Source: Candidatus Woesearchaeota archaeon | Lineage (GTDB): Archaea > Nanobdellota > Nanobdellia > Woesearchaeales > GW2011-AR15 | Assembly (NCBI GenBank): GCA_038874655.1 | Contig: JAVZBY010000010.1 | Location: 1 to 33,328, forward strand | Length of the DNA stretch: 33,328 bases | Reading direction: 5' to 3' | In this document: positions 19,118-27,019 of the stretch, in pieces | Numbering within the stretch: the first letter of the stretch is position 1 | Layout of the letters: each line of letters opens with the position of its first letter | Program-made: the position numbers and the translations under genes | The notes under the pieces: generated by a model | Databases searched by the model: none | Told to the model about the DNA's origin: nothing | The model's input: the letters and a program-made list of their open reading frames with translations, nothing else

Positions 19118-20092
19118 TTAATTATTTGAAAATTTTTCTTCTAGTTCTTTTCTTAATTTATCTCCAATAAAGTTTCCTTTAAAATAATCTACTTTTGCTG
19201 CTAATAAGATTTTATCTGCTAAAGCCCTTGCTGCTTTTCCTTTTTCTTCTTTTGGTGCTTTTTGCAAGATTGGGTGTTCATGAATTATGCCATGCTTAGG
19301 TGGTTTTATGTTTTTGTTTAGCATGTGCCTAAAAAGAGCTTTTTCTGCACCTAATAATTGAACTGTTGATGAAGGCATAAATGCTAAATTTTTTAAAGAG
19401 CCTGCTAATGAAATTAATTTTGAACCAATTAAAAAACCAGCAACTTCATTTAAATTTGGGCAATTTTCTTTCATTAATTTTTGTAAATATTGTTCCTTAT
19501 TTTCTTTTTCTTCAATTAAAAGGGAAATTGTTTTTGCAAAATTAATTATTTCTGATAAATCTTCTCTTTTAAGTTCTTTACCCATTGAATTGTTTATTTT
19601 AAATTCTTCAATAAGTTCCTGCCTAGATTTTTTTAGAATTAAAGCAATAAAATCAGTATGTTCTTTTATTGTTTCTTCTATTTCTGGTAAACTATAAGAA
19701 TACCATTCACGCAATCTTTTGATTAAGATATTTATAGTTTTTGTTAATTCATCTATACTTGAAATTGTTTGAATTATAAGATTATCTGTTGAAATAGATT
19801 CCCTTATTTGTAGTTTTGTTAATTTTAAATTTAGATTGTAATAATCTTCATAAAAGTTTAATTTTTCTTTTATTTTTTCTATCGCTTTTCCATCATTTTC
19901 AAATCTTAAGCTTTTTATGTTTTTAAATTTTTCAAGAAATATTTTTTCAGATTCTAGAACCTCATTTTTTAAAAATTTTTCATTTAGTTTAAGTAATTCA
20001 TCATTCTTTAAATTAGTAAATAAGATTTTTTCTCTTATCTCAAAATTTTGATTAAAAACATATGTTCCAGTAATGTCCGAATAAAGATACAT
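19118..20092 (-). CDS. nop5: Nop5 (Nop56/58) C/D-box sRNP core protein
   Basis: LIIQ.I..IDEL.KTIN....RLREWY...PE, PNL....G..IG.KLI.LAGSL..LA.MPSSTVQLLGAEKALFRH, PPKHGII, GK.ARALA.KI..AA.VD. Start moved to ATG 20092, which has a TTTATTAA box about 30 bp upstream. Confidence 0.93.
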   Translation of the reverse strand: MYLYSDITGTYVFNQNFEIREKILFTNLKNDELLKLNEKFLKNEVLESEKIFLEKFKNIKSLRFENDGKAIEKIKEKLNFYEDYYNLNLKLTKLQIRESISTDNLIIQTISSIDELTKTINILIKRLREWYSYSLPEIEETIKEHTDFIALILKKSRQELIEEFKINNSMGKELKREDLSEIINFAKTISLLIEEKENKEQYLQKLMKENCPNLNEVAGFLIGSKLISLAGSLKNLAFMPSSTVQLLGAEKALFRHMLNKNIKPPKHGIIHEHPILQKAPKEEKGKAARALADKILLAAKVDYFKGNFIGDKLRKELEEKFSNN

Positions 20093-20233
20093 AGAGAAAT
20101 AGAAATTTAATTTTTTAATAAAGTTTTTTAATTTTTGTTTAGATTTTTTTGGAAACATGTTTTATTACAAAAATTTAAAAAATACCATAAATTATAAATA
20201 GGTGAATTTACTTTTAATTTATAGGTGATTTTT

Positions 20234-21562
20234 TTGTCAAAAAAAGAGGAAAAGAAAAATATTAATCGTAGAAATACTAATAATCTTAAAAAAAACAAAA
20301 AAGAGAATTCTAAAATAAAAATATCTAATTTAAAAAATAGTTTTAAAAAAAATATTGAAAGTAAAAAAGATCAAATTAAAAATCAAATTGTATCTAAAAA
20401 AATTAAAGCAAATACTAATATTTTAGAAGAGAAAATTTTAGAAGATAATAAATCAAATGATAAAGATCTTAACCAACAAAATCTTGAAAATAATAATAAT
20501 AATTCTAATTTTGATAATGAAGAAAATGTGGATAGTGGCAAAAATATTAATCTATTAAATAGTCAACAAGATAACTTTAATGAACAAAAACTTAAAGATG
20601 ATATATTATATTATCAAAAAAAGTTTCAAGAATTAAGGTATGAAGTTTCTAAAATTGTTGTCGGGCAAAAAGAAGTTATGGATTATTTGATAGAAGCAAT
20701 TTTGGCTAATGGTCATTGTTTAGTTGAAGGTATTCCAGGAATTGCTAAAACATTGCTTTTAAGAACTTTAGCTGTGGCAATGGGTTGTGAGTTTAAAAGA
20801 ATTCAATTTACACCTGATTTATTACCAAGTGATATTGTAGGTGTAACTGCTTATGATGAAAAAAAAGGTTTTTACACTGTTAAAGGTCCTGTTTTTGCAA
20901 ACATTGTTTTAGGTGATGAAATAAATAGAGCGCCACCAAAAGTTCAATCTGCTTTATTGGAAGCAATGCAAGAAAAACAAGTAACAATTGGAAAAAATTC
21001 TTTTCCATTGCCAAATCCTTTTTTTGTAATGGCAACTCAAAACCCTATAGAACAAATGGGTACTTATCCCTTGCCAGAAGCACAAATTGACAGATTTATT
21101 TATAAAATTATTATGAAATACCCACCAATGGAAGATGAAGAAAAAATATTAAAACAAAATATTAGCTTAAAAAGATTTGAAGACTATAATATTGTTCCTA
21201 TTTTAAAACCTGAGGAAATTGTAAAAGCTCAAGAGGATGTTAAAAAAATATATTCTGATCCAAAAATAGAGAAATATATTGTTAGAATAGTAGATGCTAC
21301 CAGAAATCCACATAAATATAATTTAGAGTTGGGTAAATATATAGAGTTTGGTAGCTCACCAAGAGCAAGCATTTCATTATATATTGCATCTAAAGCCCAT
21401 GCATTATTGAATGGAAAAATTTATGTGACACCACAAGATATTAAAGAAGTTGCGTTAAATATTTTCAGACATAGAATAATTTTAAATTATGAGGGACAAG
21501 CTGAGGATATAAAGACAGAAGATATTATAAAAGAAATCTTAGCTAAAGTGCCTGTTGTTTAA
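20234..21562 (+). CDS. moxR: MoxR-family AAA+ ATPase with long K/N-rich N-terminal extension
   Basis: GHCLVEGIPGIAKT, RIQFTPDLLPSDI.G, DEINRAPPKVQSALLEAMQE, MATQNPIEQ.GTYPLPEAQ.DRF, GSSPRAS. The GTG at 20225 lies within the RBS AGGTGAT, so TTG 20234 is the more likely start. Confidence 0.93.
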   Translation: MSKKEEKKNINRRNTNNLKKNKKENSKIKISNLKNSFKKNIESKKDQIKNQIVSKKIKANTNILEEKILEDNKSNDKDLNQQNLENNNNNSNFDNEENVDSGKNINLLNSQQDNFNEQKLKDDILYYQKKFQELRYEVSKIVVGQKEVMDYLIEAILANGHCLVEGIPGIAKTLLLRTLAVAMGCEFKRIQFTPDLLPSDIVGVTAYDEKKGFYTVKGPVFANIVLGDEINRAPPKVQSALLEAMQEKQVTIGKNSFPLPNPFFVMATQNPIEQMGTYPLPEAQIDRFIYKIIMKYPPMEDEEKILKQNISLKRFEDYNIVPILKPEEIVKAQEDVKKIYSDPKIEKYIVRIVDATRNPHKYNLELGKYIEFGSSPRASISLYIASKAHALLNGKIYVTPQDIKEVALNIFRHRIILNYEGQAEDIKTEDIIKEILAKVPVV

Positions 21563-21642
21563 ATAAAAAGAGAGATTCATAACTTTTTTACTGAATTCAT
21601 ATAAAATTGTTTCTTTATTATTCTACTAAAGAAAATGAATAT

Positions 21643-21669
21643 AAAGGGCAGTTTTACTGCCCTTTTTTT
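21643..21669. terminator. Perfect hairpin flanked by A/T tracts; probable bidirectional terminator
   Basis: AAAGGGCAGT-ttt-ACTGCCCTTT then further T's, lying between convergent genes. Confidence 0.7.
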
Positions 21670-21684
21670 CTTTTAATTTTTTGT

Positions 21685-21870
21685 CATGTGTGATGCGGTG
21701 AGCTGTTAATTAGAAAGGCTCCCTTTTTTTTCTTTGTGTGGGGAGGGGTCTTCAAGAAAAGCTTGGGAGCCTTTGAGCATGAATCCTTAAAGATTGCTAA
21801 TCTTTAAGGTTCTTGGCTCCCCTTTATGAGGGGGTGGGGTCAGAATTAGAAGGGGAGCCATGTTATCATG
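21685..21870 (-). ncRNA. Candidate structured ncRNA / 3'-UTR element with three hairpins, two bearing C-rich apical loops (strand inferred from upstream gene)
   Basis: GC-rich island with no ORF; stems 21714-21723/21765-21774, 21785-21795/21799-21809 and 21814-21824/21850-21860. No resemblance recognised to tRNA, SRP or RNase P. Confidence 0.55.
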
Positions 21871-21873
21871 AGT

Positions 21874-22281
21874 TTATTTTTTGTAATCTAAAGGTGGCTC
21901 TCTTAACTCTTGAAGCCACATTAATCCAATTTTCATCATGTTTTTGTTAAATTTATCTGATAATTTGTAAGTTTTTTTGTAAAGGTCATAATCTATTATT
22001 CCCATGGATTTCATTGGTGTTAAGATTCTATCATAAAATTGTCTTTTGTTATAGGAAATTTTTACTTTTTTACCTCTATATTCAGGTTCATCTAATTCTG
22101 TTATTAATTCACCATCATGTAATTTTGTTGCAAAAATTGACATTTCAGTTTTTCCGATTTCACCATTATTCTCTTTTAAATGCCTAACTAGTAATTTTGC
22201 TACAATAACTTGTTGTTTTGTAGCAAAGATGACTTCATAAATGTCTTCTGGTAAGTTGTATTGGTCAAATAATATAACCAT
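21874..22281 (-). CDS. Hypothetical protein, possible winged-helix-like nucleic-acid-binding fold
   Basis: 135-aa ORF; strong promoter (CGAAA-TA-TTTATATA) about 31 bp before ATG 22281; 'YNKRQFYDRILTPMKSMGIIDYDLYKKTYKLSDKF' resembles a recognition helix plus wing. Confidence 0.7.
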   Translation of the reverse strand: MVILFDQYNLPEDIYEVIFATKQQVIVAKLLVRHLKENNGEIGKTEMSIFATKLHDGELITELDEPEYRGKKVKISYNKRQFYDRILTPMKSMGIIDYDLYKKTYKLSDKFNKNMMKIGLMWLQELREPPLDYKK

Positions 22282-22304
22282 TAAATAGATAAAATACAAA
22301 CTAA

Positions 22305-22387
22305 TATATAAATATTTCGTTTTTGTAGATTAGTATACGTTTTTGTATATTAAAAAATTAAAACAATTGAAATTAAAACAATTGTTT
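22305..22387 (-). promoter_or_regulatory. BRE-TATA promoter with two sets of direct repeats
   Basis: Minus-strand ACGAAATATTTATATA; CGTTTTTGTA at 22318-22327 and 22338-22347; AAATTAAAACAATTG at 22355-22369 and 22370-22384; palindrome AAACAATTGTTT at 22376-22387. Confidence 0.6.
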
Positions 22388-22569
22388 ATTTACAAAAATT
22401 TAAAAGAGGTATAAGTTAATATTAAATTTTTAATGAAGAGCATGATCTTTTTTAATAATATCATTTTTAATAACAAGAATATCTTTTAGAAGAACTATTT
22501 ATCTTTTTAATAGGGATTTTATATAATATATACATATATTTTAAAAAAGAAGTATGTATCTTGTGGATC

Positions 22570-23532
22570 TTAAAAAAAAGAAAATCCTCTTAATTTTTTG
22601 CTATACTCATCTAAAATTTTTTTTAGATCAGTTTTAGAATTAAAAAGATTACCTAAGTTTTCATTTGTATTTATCTTAGCTACTCTAAAATTTCCTTCTA
22701 TATCAATAAATAATTCTTTATAATTAAAAAAAGGTGATAAACTTATTCCATCTTTTATTCCACCATAGATTATAACTATTGGAAGACCTCTGGAATTTTC
22801 TTTTATTCTTTTTATTGCCTGAAAATATTCTTCCTCTGATAAATTAGTCTCATCTTCTGATTTAAATTTCATAAAAAGTATATATTTTACACCCTTTTCT
22901 AACATTAATTCAATAAATTCTCTAGAAGTTAACTCATTTAAAGTTTCTTTTCTAATAGTTACTGAAGCACTATATACTTTTCTTGCTTTTCTTAAAATGT
23001 CAAATGATCTCATGAGTTTTTGAAAAGAGCCTTTACCTCTTATTTTTTCATGATTTTTTTGCATACCATCAACACTAACACAATAAGTTAAATTATGCAA
23101 ATTTGAAAGTTCAGAAAGACCATATTTTACTAAGTAATCTGGATTAACATAGATAAAAAAACTATTAAAAGGATATTTTTGAATAACCTTTTTTAAAGTA
23201 GGAATTGTAAAATCCTGCATAGGATCTCCTCCAACAATACCAGTAAATAAAATTCCATTTTTTTGTAGTTTAAGAACAATCGTTTCTAGGTTCTCTGCTG
23301 ACATTACTTCTCTATCTTTTTTTATATTATTTTCAATATAGCAACCTTTACATCTTCTATTACAATAGTAGGTTATTTCTATTCCAACTGTTGTTGGTGA
23401 CCATTCGCCTGAAATTTCCTGATAAAGTGTTTTAAATAAATGTAATAAATAGTTTTTACCTGTTATAAGAAGATCTCTTGGGTCAATTTCAGATATATAT
23501 TTAAATGAAATTCCAAAAAATTCTAATATCAT
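22570..23532 (-). CDS. Radical SAM protein of unknown function
   Basis: IEITYYCNRRCKGCY, GGDP (GGEP-like), VSVDG....HEKIRGKGSF. Start moved to ATG 23532 (TTTATATT upstream). Confidence 0.85.
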   Translation of the reverse strand: MILEFFGISFKYISEIDPRDLLITGKNYLLHLFKTLYQEISGEWSPTTVGIEITYYCNRRCKGCYIENNIKKDREVMSAENLETIVLKLQKNGILFTGIVGGDPMQDFTIPTLKKVIQKYPFNSFFIYVNPDYLVKYGLSELSNLHNLTYCVSVDGMQKNHEKIRGKGSFQKLMRSFDILRKARKVYSASVTIRKETLNELTSREFIELMLEKGVKYILFMKFKSEDETNLSEEEYFQAIKRIKENSRGLPIVIIYGGIKDGISLSPFFNYKELFIDIEGNFRVAKINTNENLGNLFNSKTDLKKILDEYSKKLRGFSFF

Positions 23533-23596
23533 GAGATAGGGAAAAAAGTAATAATATAAAAAGTTAAGTAACATTAATAGAATATTAAAAAATAAA

Positions 23597-25509
23597 TTAA
23601 TCAAAAAAATCTTTAATTATTTTTTTATAATCTGTAGTAGTTATAATCTCCCAATCCTCAGGAAAACATCTTTTATAATTTTGCCATGCATATCTTTCAT
23701 CTAAAAAGATAATAATACCTTTGTCTGTTTCTGTTCTTATGCATCTACCTGCATTTTGCAAAGTTTTATTAAATGCAGGAAATAAATATCCATAATCCCA
23801 ACCTTTTTTGAATTTTTTTTCAAAATAGTCTATTAAAGATTTTGTTTCTAAATCTGGCTGATTTAAAGGTAATCCTACAATTATAACTGCTTTTAAATAA
23901 TCTCCTGGCAAATCAATTCCCTCGCCAAAACTACCAGAAGCAACTGCTAATAAAACAGCACCTTTATCTTTATAACTTTTAAATTCTTCTAAAAAGTCTT
24001 GTTTTTCTTGTTTTGTCATATTTTGTTTTTCCTTAATTGTTATTTTTATATTATGATCTATTTTTTCATTTATTTGTTCCATAATGAAATAACTTGGAAA
24101 AAATATCGCTATATTCCCTGGAATTATTTCAATTATTTCATTTAATATTTTTGCAATATTTTTATATTGCTCTTGATTTCTGGATTCATATTTTGTTGTT
24201 GTTTTTGGTATTATCAAATTTAAACGATTTTTTTTTGGAAATGGGTCTTTAAAAATTAGTTCATTGCAATTTTCTAATCCTAAAAGCTCTTTATACATAT
24301 ATGTTGGCAATAAAGTTCCAGACATTAAGATTGTTGAATATGTGTTATTGATAATGTCTCTTGAAACAACACTTGGATCTAGACATCTGTAAGATAATTG
24401 TGTATATGTTTCTTGATTATCTAATTCTTTATAGAAATAATTCTAACAAAACCCTCATCTTGGCCTTGCCATATTCTTAAAAAACGAGCAATTGAACCAA
24501 TGTAAGATTGTTTTTGTAATTCTCTAATTGAATCTGCAATAAATTCTAAATCTTCTATTAATTGATCATAATCATACTTCTCCAAAAGAGGTTGCATAAA
24601 TTCATTTTTAGAAACAATTTTTTCTTGATTAATTTGCATTTTTTCTGTTAAATTAGTTAAAGAAGACATAATATCATTTAAAGATTCTATTGTTGAATCA
24701 TAACCAAATCTTTTTGCTTCTTTTATAGCTCTTTTTATAGTTATACTTGATAAATACTCTGAAGCTAAATCCTTTAATCTATAAGGCAAATTATGTGCTT
24801 CATCTACAATAACAATTAATTTTTCTATTTCTCTTCCAATTTTTTGTAAGAAGTTATCTCCTATTTCTGGATTAAATAAATAATAATAATCAGCAATTAT
24901 TACTTTAGCATTTTTTGCAATTCCTAATGATATTTCATAAGGGCACATTAATTCTGTTTTTGAATAATTAATTATTTCTTCTGTTGTTAATGGATTTTTT
25001 GATAGAGTTGATATTAAAGAAGATGCTTTCATAGTAAATTGTGTTTGTGTTTTTCTTGTGTTGATATAAAAATCACACTTTTTTTCTTCTCTCATTTTTT
25101 TGCAAAATGTTATAAAATCTGAGCTATACATTTTATCTGAGCCAGAAATAAGACACATCCATTTTTTTCCAATTATTGAAGAAACTGAAAAATCTAAATT
25201 AAATTTTTCTTTAATTGATTTTAGAGTATCTATTGCAATTTTATGTTGTGTATGCCTAGATGTTAAAAATAAGATAGTCAAATCTTTTTTTAAAGCATAT
25301 GATAAAGCAGGACTTAATGTTGCTACTGTTTTTCCTAATCCTGTTGGAGCATGTATTATTAAATTTTTTTTATATAAAAGCGCATTTTCTACATTCAATA
25401 AAAGTTTATTTTGTTCTTCTCTTATATTCTTATAAGGAAAAAAGAGACGATTTTTTATTATATCTAAATCTTGTAAGCTGTTATTTTCCTCAGAAGAAAT
25501 TTTAGGCAT
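23597..25509 (-). pseudogene. xpd: XPD/Rad3-family Fe-S DNA helicase interrupted by one -1 frameshift at about 24421-24442 (true lesion, recoding or sequence error)
   Basis: N-part: Q motif REEQ, APTGLGKT, four Fe-S Cys (WMC, FC, KCDFY, MCPYE), ADYYYLF, DEAHNL. The -1 frame continues KELDNQETYTQLSYRCLDPS...STILMSGTLLP, FFPSY, GSFGEGID, IVGLP, QNAGRCIR, LDERY. The joined product is about 637 aa. Confidence 0.88.
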
Positions 25510-25691
25510 AATATATTGATTAATTGTTATTTTATAAAGATAATGGATGAAAGACGAAAAAATTGTTTCATAATTTTGGATTATAATTATATTCATTATT
25601 GAAACAAGGTGATTATAATAAAAATAATACTTAAAAGTACACTTTAAATAATAAAAAAAAGTTTATAAAGAATATAAAAAACTTTTATATT

Positions 25692-26405
25692 ATGGATTAT
25701 GAAGAATTTGAATCAGGACAAAGTAAAGAGATTTTTTGGTATAAATCTAAAAAGAATTTAGTAAAAGTTTTAATGAAAAAAACATGTGATAATAAAAAAA
25801 ATTTAAAGATATTGAATTTAGGTGTAGGCACTGGTGATGATTTAGAAATTTTGAGAAGATGGGGAGAAAATTATGTAATTGATATTAATAAAAAAGTATT
25901 ATCCTTAATTAACGATGAGCTTGTTAAAGAAAAAAAAATTGGTGATGCTTGTAATTTGCCATATAAAGATAATTTTTTTGATGTTGTTGTTTCTTTAGAT
26001 GTTTTTGAACATATAAAGGATGATAATAAAGCTGCTAATGAAGTTTATAGAGTTTTAAAAAATGATGGTGTTTTGATTTTTAGTGTGCCATCATTCCAGT
26101 TTTTATTTAGTAGCCATGATAAAGCTTTAAATCATGAAAGAAGATATAATAAAAAAACTTTATATATGCTTTTACCTAATTTTAATTTAAAAGTTTTTTA
26201 TTGGAATTCATTTTTATTTATACCCTTTGTTGTTAATAGGCTTATTAAAAGAAATTCAAAACCTAAGGTAGACAAAATGAATCTACCAGATTGGTTAAAT
26301 AATTTATTTTATCATTTATTAAATATTGAGAATTATTTAATAGAAAAAGATATGTCTATGCCAATTGGTTTAAGTCTTGTCGGTTATGGTTTTAAAAAGA
26401 AATAA
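25692..26405 (+). CDS. Class I SAM-dependent methyltransferase (type 11-like)
   Basis: ILNLGVGTG, GDACNLPYKDNFFDVVVSLDVFEHI, EVYRVLK.DG....VP, HD....H.RRY. Confidence 0.9.
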   Translation: MDYEEFESGQSKEIFWYKSKKNLVKVLMKKTCDNKKNLKILNLGVGTGDDLEILRRWGENYVIDINKKVLSLINDELVKEKKIGDACNLPYKDNFFDVVVSLDVFEHIKDDNKAANEVYRVLKNDGVLIFSVPSFQFLFSSHDKALNHERRYNKKTLYMLLPNFNLKVFYWNSFLFIPFVVNRLIKRNSKPKVDKMNLPDWLNNLFYHLLNIENYLIEKDMSMPIGLSLVGYGFKKK

Positions 26406-26444
26406 AAGAAATGATTTTTTTATTAAATATATTTTATTAAAAAA

Positions 26445-26885
26445 ATGAAAAATAATATACAAAAAGAAACATCTGCGGGTATTGTTGTTTTTTATAGTGA
26501 TTCTGAGAATGTAGAGTATTTAATTTTACATTATGAAGAAGGTCATTGGGATTTACCAAAAGGTCATGTTGAAGGTAAAGAAACTTTGGAAGAAGCAGCA
26601 ACAAGAGAAACTTTTGAAGAAACAGGGTTAAAGATTAAAATTATTAATGGCTTTAAAGAGCATATATCATATATTTTTAAAGACAAGTATAAAAATTTTA
26701 GATTAGTGAAAAAAGATGTTTATTTTTTTGTTGGAAAAACAGAAAAAAAAGAAGTAAAATTAAGTAAAGAACATATTGGCTATGAATGGCTTAGTTTTGA
26801 AAAAGCAATGAAAAAAATAACTTATGAGAATACAAAAGAGGTTTTAAAAAAAGCTGATTTATTTATAAAAAATCTTGATGAATAA
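26445..26885 (+). CDS. NUDIX hydrolase, likely asymmetric Ap4A hydrolase
   Basis: SAG.VVF, HWDLPKGHVE, Nudix box G.VE..ETLEEAATRETFEETG, LSKEHIGYEWL. Confidence 0.85.
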   Translation: MKNNIQKETSAGIVVFYSDSENVEYLILHYEEGHWDLPKGHVEGKETLEEAATRETFEETGLKIKIINGFKEHISYIFKDKYKNFRLVKKDVYFFVGKTEKKEVKLSKEHIGYEWLSFEKAMKKITYENTKEVLKKADLFIKNLDE

Positions 26886-27019
26886 AAAAATTGAATTAAA
26901 ATAGTTTAAAAAAATTAAACAATGATTGAAAAAGTTTTATAAATTAGATTTCTATTCTGATTTAAATCAACTTTTTAAAATTTAGTTTATTAAATTAAAA
27001 TAAAATCTTTGTGATAAAA

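Noticed and set aside
21740-21857. G-quadruplex on the plus strand
   Set aside because: Only three closely spaced G-tracts per unit, and one of each is sequestered in a strong Watson-Crick stem.
21685-21870. tRNA, SRP RNA, RNase P RNA or CRISPR array
   Set aside because: No cloverleaf or T-loop, no SRP helix-8 or RNase P P4 signature, and no regularly spaced identical repeats.
22390-22569. Possible small ORF or replication origin in the AT-rich gap
   Set aside because: Only very short ORFs; no ORB-like repeats and no adjacent cdc6/orc1.
24448-24454. Canonical slippery heptamer G_GGU_UUU just upstream of the XPD break
   Set aside because: A -1 slip there meets TAG (24443-24445) after one further codon, so it cannot yield full-length XPD.
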